Shown here in pieces: positions 24,504-38,647 of a stretch of 41,074 nucleotides of DNA. The stretch covers positions 4,681,255 to 4,722,328 of the forward strand of contig NC_069005.1 in NCBI RefSeq assembly GCF_001194135.2. Direction: 5' to 3'. Within the stretch, counting starts at the first letter, position 1. Every line of letters begins with the position of its first letter. Made by a program: the position numbers and the translations under genes. Origin of the DNA: Octopus bimaculoides. Taxonomy: Eukaryota. The notes beneath the pieces were generated by a model. It did not search any database and was not told the origin of the DNA. It worked only from the letters and a program-made list of their open reading frames with translations.

Positions 24504-24690
24504 AGGACGGCGAGCTGGCAGAATCGTTAGCACGCCGGACGAAATGTTTAGCGTTATTTCGCCCGTCTTTACGTTCTGAGTTCAAATTCCACTGAGGTTC
24601 AAATTTGTATTTCATCCTTTCGGCTTCGATAAATTAAGTACCAATCACATACTTCGGTCGATATAATTGACTTAACCCTCGGTACAAATT
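24504..24690 (+). mobile_element. SINE family-1 copy
   Basis: ggacggcgagctggcagaatcgttagcacgccggacgaaatg...ttctgagttcaaattcc, inserted after (ATT)n. Confidence 0.85.
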
Positions 24691-24829
24691 TGTATGTGTG
24701 TGTGTGTATGCGTGTGTGTGTGTGCATCCGTTTTCAAGTCGTATGTGCGAGCGTGTGTATATCATCATTTATGTGTGTTTATGCCATTGTATCTGATATT
24801 ATAACAACTCTGCCATTTCGCCCTCTTAC

Positions 24830-24917
24830 CATTGCTCTTAAGTCTGAGCAATCCTTATTGACAAGGGTCTGGACAAGGATTAGACCCAGAAAGTAAGTTG
24901 GTGGACCTCGATCGGAG
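24830..24917 (-). CDS. Candidate exon E (88 nt, phase 2-0): SDRGPPTYFLGLILVQTLVNKDCSDLRAM
   Basis: Strong acceptor atatttctttacag| and donor ATG|gtaaga; one open frame. Confidence 0.45.
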
Positions 24918-26018
24918 CTGTAAAGAAATATGTGCTTTGAGACAAGTAGCTCCGACAAGGGAAGGACAGCCATAATTCTTTAGGTGTTTGGAGGTTCTCC
25001 GAACAACCTGTTCTTTACTGCTAGTAGGCGACTGAAACGCCATCATGGATGTAGGTTTGAATTGTATGGAGCAAACTGATAGGGGAGGTGGATGTAAAAT
25101 TGTCACATAAATATTCATACGTTTATTGCTGCTTCATACCTATCAATTGATAGAATTTTTTCTGTATTTATTATCTTTTTTCTGTTTCTTAACTTTTATT
25201 CAAAATGTCTGAAAATAGCGCTGTAATACCCAGCGAAACCTAGCAGTAATTAAATCGCCGAGATTTATTTCATACTGCTATTGTTAATAGTGCCGCTGCT
25301 TTTGGCTGACCAATTCCTGCGTAACTAGATTTCATTTGGTGACAGTGATGGCCCGAAATTATCTGAAGAATCACAGCTTAAGCTTTTTTCTTTTCTTACC
25401 GAAATCTACGTGTAACATAGATGCATAGGAAAGGTCTTATTACAATTCCCATTTGCATGATACCAACAAGAAGTTACTTTTTAACTTTCGGTTATCTCTC
25501 GCTCGTTTCCATGGAAAACTGCAACTATGAATAGATTCATTTTTATATTTTCCTGTTTGAACTTGTTTAGCCGTTACAAAGTTGCGTTCGGGTCAGCGTG
25601 GATCTTTGGCAAGCATTATTTTGGATTTCGAAACCTTACTTTTGAATAACGTGGTTTGTCCTCAATATCACTTCAGGACACATTAGAAATAGGATCTGGC
25701 AGGCAGACATCGTGCTAATGCATATTATACGCTGTCGAATCCTCGAACTAAAGAGCTTAGAATCAAAAACCTATAGCGGTGACCATCTCTCCTGTCTGTG
25801 AACCCAGGTGCATAAATTTCAGTATTATGCACATAGAAATACTGCAACCAAGTTCAGTTCAAGCGTGGCAATCCAATATTGTCCCAACTCAGGTCTATGT
25901 AACTGGATTATATATTGTGCCCATTTGGTGTATACTTTTAAATAATCGTTTTTTAATTTGAGAAAAAGGATTTCGCTGTTATTTCCAGCAGGTTGATGGC
26001 AACTGTTTAGAGACTTAC

Positions 26019-26121
26019 ACAGTTTCGATATTTTCCATTATTAGACACGGTTCTGTCGGTGTATTCAACCACTCAACATTATGTACAGTGCTATCGATTA
26101 TTTGCGGAACCGAATACCAAA
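26019..26121 (-). CDS. Candidate exon D (103 nt, phase 1-2): WYSVPQIIDSTVHNVEWLNTPTEPCLIMENIETV
   Basis: Perfect donor |gtaagt; acceptor gattcaacttag| is weak. Single open frame, phase-compatible with C and E. Confidence 0.35.
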
Positions 26122-26598
26122 CTAAGTTGAATCACTATTCCTCTGTAATTCTGTTGACAATAGCTAAAGAAACCGACGTAAAGAAACAGAAAGCTAATAG
26201 AGAAAGATTGCAATGGCGAAGCCGACACACAGATTTGAATCCCACCATGAGGATGTAATAGTGAAAATTCACAATTGCCAGCAGGCAGTGCATCGTTTAC
26301 GCTAAAATTCAATTAAAGCATCAATGTTTTGTCAAGGAAGATTTGTTAAACATGGAAAATGTGACGTCAGAAGATCTCCCTGGAAATGTGTCTTCTGTCT
26401 GAACGTGACTCTCTACGCTGAAGAGAGTACAAAAGATTCATTTATCCTAATGTAGAGTGTGTGAGTTAGTATGTGATTTTCTGTGTGTCTGTATGTATGC
26501 ATAAATAACTATATATATCTGTGTGTGTATATATATATATATAAATTTATATATGTGTATATATTGATATCTATCTATATATATATTGATGTATATAT

Positions 26599-26642
<44 letters not shown>

Positions 26643-26990
26643 TATAGTGATGTATATAATTTTATATATATATTATATATTTTTAAATATAAATGTTTGT
26701 GCGTGAGCGAGTGTGTGTGTATGTGTGTGTGTGCGTGTGTACATGAATGTATATATTGAATTCGTATTTGTGTGTAGAGATGCATGTCTTCATTCCTGTA
26801 TTGTCTCTGCATCACTTTCATCACTTCGCATACGTTGATATAACGCATATGTATGCACCTCTATATCCTCACATGTTACTTCAGTGTTTATAAGTATATG
26901 CGCTTATTTATACACACGCGCACAGAAACACAAACACACACACACAATAAGATCAATATATAGACGCTAAGGTAAATATATATCGCTATA

Positions 26991-27033
<43 letters not shown>

Positions 27034-27094
27034 TAATGCATGTTTATATATGTGTGTGTGTATTTGTGCGTGTGTTTGTTCTTGTGTTCATATA

Positions 27095-27129
<35 letters not shown>

Positions 27130-27338
27130 CATGTATGTATGTATACATGTATGTATGTATGTATGTATGTATGTATGTATATACGTATGTATGTATATAC
27201 GCACGCGTGATTGTGTGTGTATGTGTGCGCGCGTATGCTCATACATGCTCTTGCGTGTAAGTGTTCGTATGCACGTGATTTGGAGATGCAACATCGTCTA
27301 ATGATCAAAATAGTTGCTTGATAATCTCGATGACATAC

Positions 27339-27425
27339 GTTCGATTCTACATTTCGTCGTTTCCAAAGCGTTTTCCGGATTGCTGATGTTTCCGGACCAT
27401 GGGTAGTCTCTTTGATCAACACACG
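27339..27425 (-). CDS. Candidate exon C (87 nt, phase 1-1): CVDQRDYPWSGNISNPENALETTKCRIE
   Basis: AT/pyrimidine-rich acceptor ...aattgtttaatttag|, donor C|gtatgt, GC island. A phase-0 frame is also open. Confidence 0.4.
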
Positions 27426-27548
27426 CTAAATTAAACAATTATAAAATTTACAAAAATAAATGAAAGACTTTCACTTTAAAATTAGTTTAAATTAGAGAAC
27501 GTTATAAGATGTCACCGACGATTAGTGCCCCGGTGAGTCGAGGTCATA

Positions 27549-27783
27549 CAGGGTGGCCCAAAAGTAGGTTGACTGTCATAATGTAGGCACTCTAAATTTT
27601 TTTCAAAACATTTTATCACATTTAAATTTCTATCTTACAAACTGAAAAGGGATCTTGACAAAATTGACTTAATGAGCATAGAATACTTGTTTCATATTTC
27701 TTTTATGATTAAGATCTAAACTGCAAATATTTGAATGTGAAAGAGATAGTTGAATAACTGTAAACCTATTTTGGGCCACCCTG
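27549..27783. mobile_element. Tc1/mariner-type MITE (235 bp)
   Basis: Near-perfect TIRs cagggtggcccaaaagtaggtt / aacctattttgggccaccctg, TA on both sides, AT-rich non-coding interior. Confidence 0.85.
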
Positions 27784-27957
27784 TATTTGTACTTTATTTT
27801 ATTAGCTCCGAATAAAAGAGAGACGAAATAGACCCAAACAGCATTTGAACTCTGAATGTGAGAAGCTGGAATGAATAGTACAATTCAAATTTTCCGTCAC
27901 TCAAACGATTCTGCCGACATGCTGCCTTTATAAGTCTTAATAATACTGATTCCTCGA

Positions 27958-28150
27958 GTGGCACGCTGACCGAATCGTCAGAGATGTTTAGCAGTATCTT
28001 GTACATTTTCATGTTCTTCTAAGTTCAAATTCCGCTGAGGTAGATTTGTTTTTTATCCTTTCGGGTCCGATAAAATGAACACTGAGGCCGATGTAATGAA
28101 CTTACTCCCTCCCCAACATTGCTGGCCTCGTGCCAAAATTTGAAATCAAA
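27958..28150 (+). mobile_element. SINE family-1 copy (diverged)
   Basis: gttcaaattccgctgaggtag...ttgctggcctcgtgccaaaatttgaaatc. Confidence 0.75.
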
Positions 28151-28649
28151 TTTTGCTACTATTTCCTCATCTTTTTCTAGAAAATTCAAGCTGATTCTAC
28201 ATTATGTATATTGTAATTAGAGTCACTAACGTAATATAGTCTAATTTTAGAAAATAGCTGCCAAACTTATTATTGATCGAACATCATTATTAGCTGGAAT
28301 CGCCATTCCACCACTTTCTCTTGCAGCTATTAAAGTGTTTTACAAACAAATATATAAAAGTATTCTCTTTCTATTTTATTCCTTCTTTTCTTCCCTGTAT
28401 TAATTTTGTTGCTGTTTGTATTTCGGTTGTGCCTCACTCCTCGGTCAATTCCGATCGGAGCTTTTACATGATTAAAAGAATTCTGGCCGTGACCAGTCCC
28501 TGTTTTACACTGGCCCAGGACAATGCTATGCAATGCAATCACTTCTCTTCTACCACACAGAGATTCGATACGATTTTAGAGAGATTTACCTGTTATATAT
28601 GTAAGTATATATATATATATGTATATTTGTAACTATGTAGGTACCTGCG

Positions 28650-29025
28650 TGGAGGCCCTATGGCCCAGCGGTGTCGGCAGCGAACTCGCGGTCGTAGGAT
28701 CGCAGTTTCGATTCCCAAAACACGTGGTGTGAGTGTTTATTGAGCGAAAACACCTGAAGCTCTACGAGGCTCCGACACGGGGTGGTGGAGAACCATGCTG
28801 TACTCTTTCACCACAACTTTATCTCACTGTTTCTGTTTCTGTTGTACCTGTATTTCAAAGGGTGAACCTTGTCACACTGTGTCACGCTGAATCTCCCTGA
28901 GACCTACGTTAAGGGTACACGTGTCTGTGGAGTGCTCAGCCACTTGCACGTTAATTTCACGAGCAGTCTGTTCTGTTGATCGGATCAACTGGAATCCCTG
29001 TCGTCGTAACCGACGGAGTGTCGTG
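28650..29025 (+). mobile_element. tRNA-derived SINE family 3, near full length
   Basis: Head ggaggccctatggcccagcgg (A-box-like), gtttcgattccc (B-box-like), central tgagcgaaaacacct domain, tail ...gtcgtaaccgacggagtg. Confidence 0.75.
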
Positions 29026-29886
29026 ACGTTCCTGCAATAGGTCTATGTTTATGCAAACATATATGCGTGTGTATAGTATATATGTATATATATATATATA
29101 TATATATTCACACACACACACATATACACACTCACACAAGCACACACTCACACAAGCACACACGCACACACGGCCAGGTATCTACACTATATGCACCAGG
29201 ACCTAATTTTCAATGCTTCTATTTGTATTCAACTTCGCTTTCTTCATCTACTTCAAATCGTTATCTTCCTTTCTTCTGTGTCATCAACACACACGCACAC
29301 ACACACATGCATACACATATGTATACACTCATACATACACGCACATATATACACAAACATATATATACACATGCACACATATACACACACATGCCGACAC
29401 ATACACACGTACATATACATACGCCTATCGACTCTCACTTACGTACTGTCTTACCCCAAATTATATATATATATATATATNNNNNNNNNNNNNNNNNNNN
29501 NNNNNNNNNNNNNNNNNNNNNNNNNNNNNNNNNNNNNNNNNNNNNNNNNNNNNNNNNNNNNNNNNNNNNNNNNNNNNNNNNNNNNNNNNNNNNNNNNNNN
29601 NNNNNNNNNNNNNNNNNNNNNNNNNNNNNNNNNNNNNNNNNNNNNNNNNNNNNNNNNNNNNNNNNNNNNNNNNNNNNNNNNNNNNNNNNNNNNNNNNNNN
29701 NNNNNNNNNNNNNNNNNNNNNNNNNNNNNNNNNNNNNNNNNNNNNNNNNNNNNNNNNNNNNNNNNNNNNNNNNNNNNNNNNNNNNNNNNNNNNNNNNNNN
29801 NNNNNNNNNNNNNNNNNNNNNNNNNNNNNNTATGTATATATAAACATATATACATGTAGATAGATAAATATACATACCTTTTTGTA

Positions 29887-29918
<32 letters not shown>

Positions 29919-30194
29919 CATACATATGTACATACACACACACATATATATATATGTATATACATACGGTTATGGAGATATATATATATATATATATATG
30001 TTATATATTATATATATCATATACATATAGCTGTCAACGTGCATGGGCGTATATGTATATCTTTAAATATATACGGCATAATGGTTCTATTCCTTTTCAA
30101 TTCGTTGGGTAGGTTCACAGGGGGTTCTCTAATTAGAATACTCTTTTTTATGTACTAAAACGTTATTATTACTATTATCATTATTAAATTCTAA

Positions 30195-30407
30195 AGGCGG
30201 TGAGGTGGCGGAGTCGTTAGCACGCCGGGCGAAATGCTTGGAGGTATTTTCACTGCCGCTACATTCTGAGGTCAAATTCCGCCGAGGTCGACTTTGCCTT
30301 TAATCTTTTTGGGGTTGATAAATTAGGTAGTTGTGAAACACTAGGGTCGATTTAATGGACTTTATCACCTCCCCAAAACTGCTTCCCTTGTGGAAAAATT
30401 TGTAACC
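30195..30407 (+). mobile_element. SINE family-1 copy
   Basis: aggcggtgaggtggcggagtcgttagcacgccgggcgaaatgc...gtcaaattccgccgaggtcgactttgcc. Confidence 0.85.
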
Positions 30408-30968
30408 ATTATAATTATTATTATTAATATTATTTCTGTTGTTATTTTTAATATTATTATTATTATCACCATCATCATCATTATTATTATTATCATTATT
30501 ATTATTACAAATAGTAGTAGTAGTAGTAGTTGTAGTAGTTGGAGAGACGGTGTGGAAGATGTTTCTTGCAAATATCTATCCCTACTCCATGTAGATCCAT
30601 TTAGCAATATATTAAATATCAGTAGACTCTTTAACTAAAGTTATTTCAATTTAATTTTCATTATATTTCAACATGACTAAATCGTGTTCTTTAAATGAGT
30701 GAAACCGGTAGCGTATTTAGATAAAAATTGTTAATGTATTACTAGAGATGACTGGCTGACTCAGTAAGTGACGGTTTGAACAAAAGCATTTGTGTGGATA
30801 GCTGTGAACAGCGAGACATAGAAACAAGGCGCATGTGATCATGTGATAATATACATGCACGTATACATACGCCCCACATTTAATAACTCGAGAACAAATA
30901 ACAAATACACACACACACACTTATATAAAGATACATGTACATCTCTGTGTGTGCGCGTGCGTGTGTGG

Positions 30969-31003
<35 letters not shown>

Positions 31004-31062
31004 ATATACATATATGTTACTATGTATTTATGCATGCATATATATGTGTGTGTGTATGTATA

Positions 31063-31095
<33 letters not shown>

Positions 31096-31661
31096 GTATA
31101 TATATATATACATATGCATATACATGCACACATAAATATGTACATACATATATCCATACATATGTATGTACATACATGCATACATGTATACATACATACA
31201 TACATACATAGATAGATACATACATACATACATACATACATACATACATACATACATACATACATGCATACATACATACATACATACATACACCTATGTG
31301 TTTGTCCGAAATATAAAAATAGCATATATGTATAATAACCACATAATGTTCTCCTCACTTTTTATAGCTTTTAATTAAATTTTCCTCAATTAGTTCTGGT
31401 CTCACAATACCTCTTAAACACAATCACAATTCACCCATTTTTTTTTAACCGTTTCTAACCGGTCTTGAATCAGAATTCCATTAACAACTCCGGGAACTCT
31501 TGCTCAACCGACAAGAAAGCAACAAAACTCGTTTTACCGGTAGCACCGTTATTCTTTGTTTTGCTACGGTTCCTGATTTAGCTTCATTTCAATGTGTTTG
31601 TAACTCTAAGAGTTTTACAATTGCATCAACTATAAATACTGCGTAATTAACACAATCTCAC

Positions 31662-31691
31662 GAGGCGGCTTCTCCTTGGTCACTTGATATC
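31662..31691 (-). CDS. Candidate 30-nt micro-exon B (phase 1-1): (G)YQVTKEKPP
   Basis: Strong acceptor tttttgctgctgtttctag| and donor |gtgaga. Phase is compatible with exons A and C. Confidence 0.3.
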
Positions 31692-31861
31692 CTAGAAACA
31701 GCAGCAAAAATATCTTTTGCGTCACACTTTGCTATTTTCAAATAACAAGGATGTACGAATAGTTGGAAAGAATTTGACCCTTGGTCTCTACCACTCAGGA
31801 CTGATTGGTTCTGGTCCGAAAAAAAGCGTTTAGGTCAATAATGTAATTATTCATTTCAAAA

Positions 31862-32025
31862 TAGGTGCAGGAGTTAGTGTGTGGTAAGAGGTCTACTTCC
31901 CAACCACATGGTGTCCGGTTCAGCCTAACTGCGTCACACCTTGGGTGTCTTCTACATTAACCTCGGGCCTACCAAAGATTTCTCAGTGTATCTGGTACAG
32001 GAAAACTCAAAGAAGCACCTTACAT
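31862..32025 (+). mobile_element. SINE family-2 head fragment
   Basis: aggtgcaggagttagtgtgtggtaag...ccaaccacatggtgtccggttcag, homologous to 38345-38503 in the opposite orientation. Confidence 0.75.
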
Positions 32026-32318
32026 ACATACACGATCGGTTCGGCAGTGCAATCCTGCTGTAATTCTCCTAATGGAGAAATCCGGGTTCGCTTCGCTCTA
32101 TTATGAGTACATTCAAGAGTGTAAATTCTAAATAATTACTAAGAATACAGAGACCGGTACATCTTAAAATTTTTCTTTTAATTTAACGGTTAATTATAGA
32201 GCATAATTAGTTTGCTTAACTAAATAATTATGCTATATAATTAACTGTTAGATTGAAGAAAAAAATTTTGAAAACTTACCAGTCTCTCATTCTTCGTAAT
32301 TGCTTTTTACATATATAT

Positions 32319-32350
<32 letters not shown>

Positions 32351-32634
32351 CTATATATATNNNNNNNNNNNNNNNNNNNNNNNNNNNNNNNNNNNNNNNN
32401 NNNNNNNNNNNNNNNNNNNNNNNNNNNNNNNNNNNNNNNNNNNNNNNNNNNNNNNNNNNNNNNNNNNNNNNNNNNNNNNNNNNNNNNNNNNNNNNNNNNN
32501 NNNNNNNNNNNNNNNNNNNNNNNNNNNNNNNNNNNNNNNNNNNNNNNNNNNNNNNNNNNNNNNNNNNNNNNNNNNNNNNNNNNNNNAGAGAGAAAGAGAG
32601 AGAGAAAGAGAAAGAAAGGGAGAGAGAGGGAGAC

Positions 32635-32675
<41 letters not shown>

Positions 32676-34052
32676 AATATTTGTATAAATAAGCGTTAGA
32701 CTGAAAATTTCAAACGATGTCAGTTTTGCTTTCTTTTCCAGCTGCTGCCCGCTGTCCCCGTTGTATACACTTCGTATTCCAAGATTGTCAGTCGCTGTCC
32801 TTCTACTTCCTTCTCCTGTCATATTTACACCAAATCCGTTCTCGCCGAAATAAACAGTTACATTTTACACCACTAGAATAAGAAATTTCTGTGAATATCG
32901 TCAGGTTTCTTATTAGATTAGGACGTTTGGTGTGAAAGACTCAAAGAACGAAGAAAAATATCCATTCCGGAATATGGGAGAAAAAATATTTTGAAGAATG
33001 GCGGTGCCCCAGCATGGCCACATCTCATGAGCTGAAACTAGATAAAATGAAAAAATGAATATGAATACCAAGTGTATATACCCTGAATAACCAGATGTAT
33101 CAGCAATCCCTTCTCTCACCCTTTTAATCCAATCGCAATTTTTTTTTAGTGGGGAGATAACCAAAATGTACACACACANNNNNNNNNNNNNNNNNNNNNN
33201 NNNNNNNNNNNNNNNNNNNNNNNNNNNNNNNNNNNNNNNNNNNNNNNNNNNNNNNNNNNNNNNNNNNNNNNNNNNNNNNNNNNNNNNNNNNNNNNNNNNN
33301 NNNNNNNNNNNNNNNNNNNNNNNNNNNNNNNNNNNNNNNNNNNNNNNNNNNNNNNNNNNNNNNNNNNNNNNNNNNNNNNNNNNNNNNNNNNNNNNNNNNN
33401 NNNNNNNNNNNNNNNNNNNNNNNNNNNNNNNNNNNNNNNNNNNNNNNNNNNNNNNNNNNNNNNNNNNNNNNNNNNNNNNNNNNNNNNNNNNNNNNNNNNN
33501 NNNNNNNNNNNNNNNNNNNNNNNNNNNNNNNNNNNNNNNNNNNNNNNNNNNNNNNNNNNNNNNNNNNNNNNNNNNNNNNNNNNNNNNNNNNNNNNNNNNN
33601 NNNNNNNNNNNNNNNNNNNNNNNNNNNNNNNNNNNNNNNNNNNNNNNNNNNNNNNNNNNNNNNNNNNNNNNNNNNNNNNNNNNNNNNNNNNNNNNNNNNN
33701 NNNNNNNNNNNNNNNNNNNNNNNNNNNNNNNNNNNNNNNNNNNNNNNNNNNNNNNNNNNNNNNNNNNNNNNNNNNNNNNNNNNNNNNNNNNNNNNNNNNN
33801 NNNNNNNNNNNNNNNNNNNNNNNNNNNNNNNNNNNNNNNNNNNNNNNNNNNNNNNNNNNNNNNNNNNNNNNNNNNNNNNNNNNNNNNNNNNNNNNNNNNN
33901 NNNNNNNNNNNNNNNNNNNNNNNNNNNNNNNNNNNNNNNNNNNNNNNNNNNNNNNNNNNNNNNNNNNNNNNNNNNNNNNNNNNNNNNNNNNNNNNNNNNN
34001 NNNNNNNNNNNNNNNNNNNNNNNNNNNNNNNNNNNNNNNNNNNNNNNNNNNN

Positions 34053-34110
<58 letters not shown>

Positions 34111-34774
34111 CTTTTACTGATTTTTTAATGGAAACCAAGATACACTACTGCATAGATGTTTGATATGAAGGAATACTGTTCGTTTACAAAGAATTCAATT
34201 TGATTTTATATAAAAGATTTTTGGAATAAATAAATTTCGATGAATTTCAAGTATATTCTTGTAAATACATGCAAATTGGAAATTTTCAGGTTCATTCATT
34301 TTTTTTCCCAGCCCTGTTAGAAAAATTTGTGCAGATCAATAGACACGCAAAAATAAATTTTGTTTCGTGTGTTTTGTTGCATGGCTGGATATTCTCTCAT
34401 TGAGGTTTTCCTCTGTTTTTCATGTGCTTTGATTTTGAAGTAGCAACAAAAACCTAAAGAAAGAATCTTCAAACATCGTTTACGTTTACAAAGTAATGTA
34501 CTTTTAGAGATAATTATCCTGAACAAACAAATCAAGGCGTAGTTGTCTCAGTTGGAATAGAATATAATAAGATAGCAGATCGGAATTTGTGTGCCACCAC
34601 TGTTAATACCATCGATAATAATTACTCAATAATGGCAATAACTACGCTATACTTTCTACTTGCTTGTCACCAAACAATGGCATATATTGCAATTTAATTT
34701 AACGATTTAATCCTCTTTTTTCTACAGCAGTATCTCGATCCGTGTAAGATGGCTTCTAAGTATCTGGCTGAACA

Positions 34775-34905
34775 AACCGTGCTATGTTACTCTTTTACTT
34801 GTTTCAGATATTTGAATGCGGCTATGCTGGAGCATCCCCGTAAAAAAGGTTTTTGTTTAGTTTCTTTTTTTTTTTTTAGTCTTAGTACTTTTTCTATCGG
34901 TCTCT
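34775..34905 (-). mobile_element. SINE family-2 3' fragment
   Basis: tcttttacttgtttcag..atttgaatgcggctatgctggagca...ctatcggtctcttttt. Confidence 0.55.
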
Positions 34906-35989
34906 TTTTCCAGAACTTTTGGATTCGATCTGAGGCGAGCTGTCTCACCAGGTCTATGACTTTCAGGTGTTTAAACACCCAGCGTTCTTCTACTTTACTC
35001 CAAACGTTCTTCTACTTTACTTGACACGCTGTCGTGATATGGTTGAAAAGAAGTAAAATATATTTAATTTTCACAATCGTTAAACGAAAATCATAAGTTA
35101 CATAAAACAAAAAAGTAACATACCACACTACTATAAAAATATTTGTCGTTTGAATTCAAATAACATTGAAAGGAATAAAATAATAGGAAAGAACGAACGA
35201 ATTTATCGGCCAATGCTAATACATAACCTAATGTGTTGATTCCACCTCTGTTTTAATGTTCCCACAAGTCTGCAAGTGTGCAGTCTGCAAAACTCATCTA
35301 GTTTTCAGGTGGTGATACTAAAACAACAAATATCACTTGGTATCACCTGAGTGCTTTTTAAACATACTCCTGAGTGCATCTACCACCCAAAGGTATGTAA
35401 TAAGTGCTGCGTGAACTCGATGTCATAAACAAATCGCTTTCTTCCGTTGCTACTCTTTTCCTCTTTCTATCAGCTGAAACTCGCTCTCCTCTCGTGTTTC
35501 CGATTGTGTCATCCACAAACCTTTTCCGTTAATTACCAACTTAACTTCGAAGTATCACCACTAGTAGTTAATTACAGCAGCAATACCAATCAGTACACTA
35601 CCCCCTTCCTAATTCTCATCATCCCATCCTCCTACAGATGTATCATTGAAACAAGAAAAGGAATTCATTAATACTAATTGGTTAGTTTCTAATTAGTCTA
35701 GATATTGCTTTCGTCACAGGCAAGAGAAGAAAAAAAACAAAACTTGTTGATAGATTTACGGAGACGAGCCGAACACATGCACACTTATATAATACACACA
35801 CAAACAGATACTAATAAACACACGCAGACAGACACACACATATGTTGACGCATGTATACACAAAAATCCAAGTAGCTTTCATCGTAGACGCTCAGAAGTA
35901 TTCTCAGCATTTACTTATGTCTATTCTCAACATTTACCTATGTGATTGCCAGTTGGTTTGTGTCTCTGTATGCGCATGGGTGTGTCACT

Positions 35990-36033
<44 letters not shown>

Positions 36034-36049
36034 TTGTGCATCTGTGGGC

Positions 36050-36260
36050 GCATTCTGATTCTTTTACTTGTTTCAATCATTTTTACTGCGGCCATGCTGG
36101 ATCATTGCCTTTTATTCTAATGAATCTACCCCAGAACATATATCTTTTAAGCCTAGTACTTATTCGAGCGGTCTCTTGTGCCGAAACGTAAAAGCGTCGG
36201 GGGCGTAAACACACCAGTATCGGTTGTCAAGCGATAGTTGGGGGACAGACAGAAGCACAC
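36050..36260 (-). mobile_element. SINE family-2 3' half
   Basis: ttcaatcattttactgcggccatgctgga...gccgaaacgtaa...cggttgtcaagcgat.gttgggggacagacag, homologous to 38100-38295. Confidence 0.75.
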
Positions 36261-38091
36261 ATTTAAATATACATATACATATATATATATATANNNNNNN
36301 NNNNNNNNNNNNNNNNNNNNNNNNNNNNNNNNNNNNNNNNNNNNNNNNNNNNNNNNNNNNNNNNNNNNNNNNNNNNNNNNNNNNNNNNNNNNNNNNNNNN
36401 NNNNNNNNNNNNNNNNNNNNNNNNNNNNNNNNNNNNNNNNNNNNNNNNNNNNNNNNNNNNNNNNNNNNNNNNNNNNNNNNNNNNNNNNNNNNNNNNNNNN
36501 NNNNNNNNNNNNNNNNNNNNNNNNNNNNNNNNNNNNNNNNNNNNNNNNNNNNNNNNNNNNNNNNNNNNNNNNNNNNNNNNNNNNNNNNNNNNNNNNNNNN
36601 NNNNNNNNNNNNNNNNNNNNNNNNNNNNNNNNNNNNNNNNNNNNNNNNNNNNNNNNNNNNNNNNNNNNNNNNNNNNNNNNNNNNNNNNNNNNNNNNNNNN
36701 NNNNNNNNNNNNNNNNNNNNNNNNNNNNNNNNNNNNNNNNNNNNNNNNNNNNNNNNNNNNNNNNNNNNNNNNNNNNNNNNNNNNNNNNNNNNNNNNNNNN
36801 NNNNNNNNNNNNNNNNNNNNNNNNNNNNNNNNNNNNNNNNNNNNNNNNNNNNNNNNNNNNNNNNNNNNNNNNNNNNNNNNNNNNNNNNNNNNNNNNNNNN
36901 NNNNNNNNNNNNNNNNNNNNNNNNNNNNNNNNNNNNNNNNNNNNNNNNNNNNNNNNNNNNNNNNNNNNNNNNNNNNNNNNAGAAGAAGAAGAAGAAGAAG
37001 AAGAAGAAGAAGGAGGAGGAGGAGGCGGAGGAGAAGAAGAAGAAGGAGAAGAAGAAGAAGAAGAAGAAGAAGTTAGGGGGGGGGGGTATTAACAAACAAC
37101 ACCAGCAAATATTGCGCGCATAATTTTATATTGGTTTACCTTGGAGTCAAGTTAGCATACACATACATACCATCGCACATATGAACATGCACATACACCC
37201 ATATAAATCTAACACACACACATCACACACTTGAGAGACTTTTATTCTTGAAAGTTGACTGTCACTCCGTTGTAGCCAGAGCTTCATCCAGACTCCTTCT
37301 TCAAATACCGATTGAATTACAATGAAAGAATTTGCTGTTTCTCCTTTTGCTTGTTTTTTTTTTCTTCTTTTTTTTTGTCTCATGCTTTATTTTTATTTTG
37401 AATAAAATCATTAGTGCCTAAGTGTTGATGATTAATGTTACAAGTGCGCCTATGTTTTATACTTCAAGTAGATCGGTCTGGCTTCATCTCGCTATTATAA
37501 TTCCGCGAAGTAGAAATTATTTTCATGGCAGCACATGATTTCCGCTTCTTTGTTTAATCTTTTGAAATTCTGTATCTGAATGTGTTTTACAGCTGTTTGT
37601 GACAGTTGTTTAAAGTGGTACAACGCTTGTTCAACTGACCAATCAATATCGATGTATTTCACACCATTTTATTTCATATTATACCTACATAGAGATGTCC
37701 AATGAATGAATGTAAATCACGGGTTAAGTTCACGATTGTTCAGTCTAGCTTGTTAATTTTAATTACAGTTTTAATGGTACTATTTTTGTTTATTGAGCCA
37801 ATTAAGTTTTTAGCGATCGATCAGTTTTTCTTTGTCTTCAAGTCAAAGAACCTTTTAATATTATTGTCAATACGGTTTTCCTGCCTGTCGCCACATATGG
37901 ATAGGAATGTTGGGTAACGAGAGAAAGATTATGATTACGAATACAAATGATCGAAACAGTAATCTTCCGAAGGATTTATGGAGTAAATCGATAGGCTGCG
38001 TAGCTCGAAGATCTGGGAGTATCAGTAGATTAAGCTGTGACGTTGACCTCTGGAGCTGTGGCCCCTCCGTTGTACATGACTATGTAAATAT

Positions 38092-38503
38092 TCTTTTATT
38101 CCTTTATTTGGTTCAGTCATTTTGTCTACGGCCATGCTGGAGCACCACCTTTAGTCGAAAAAAATCATCCCCATGAGTTATTCTTTGTAAACATAGTACT
38201 TATTCTATCGGTCTCTTTTGCCGAACCGCTAATGTTACGGGGACATAAACACACCAGCATCGGTTGTCAAGCGATGTTGGGGGGACAAACACAGACATAC
38301 AAACATATACACATACATACATACATACATATATATGTACATATATACGACGGGCTTCTTTCAGTTTCCGTCTACCAAATCCACTGACAAAGCTTTGGTC
38401 GACCCGAGGCTATAGTACAAGACAAGGTGCCACGCAGTGAGAATGAACCTGGAACCATGTGGACGGTAAGCAAGCTACTTACCACACGGCCACTCCTGCG
38501 CCT
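38092..38503 (-). mobile_element. Near full-length tRNA-derived SINE family 2 with internal (TATG)n
   Basis: Head aggcgcaggagtggccgtgtggtaag (A-box-like) and ggttccaggttcattc (B-box-like); tail ...gctccagcatggccgtag. Confidence 0.85.
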
Positions 38504-38616
38504 ATGTATATGTATATATATATATACGTTTGTGTATATATACATACATGCATTCATACATACATACATACATACATACATACATACATGCATTCATACA
38601 TGCATACATACATACA

Positions 38617-38647
<31 letters not shown>

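Noticed and set aside
28650-28720. tRNA-like sequence with A and B boxes
   Set aside because: No complete cloverleaf, and it continues into a SINE body; it is a SINE head (the same applies to the other SINE heads).
35309-35392. Plus-strand ttttcag...AAG|gtatgt exon-like segment
   Set aside because: Stops in all three frames; at most non-coding.
37593-37703. Plus-strand exon-like VCDSCLKWYNACSTD after ttttacag (folate-receptor-like Cys spacing)
   Set aside because: Only a weak donor, no partner exons in a consistent plus-strand chain, and the motif is too short.
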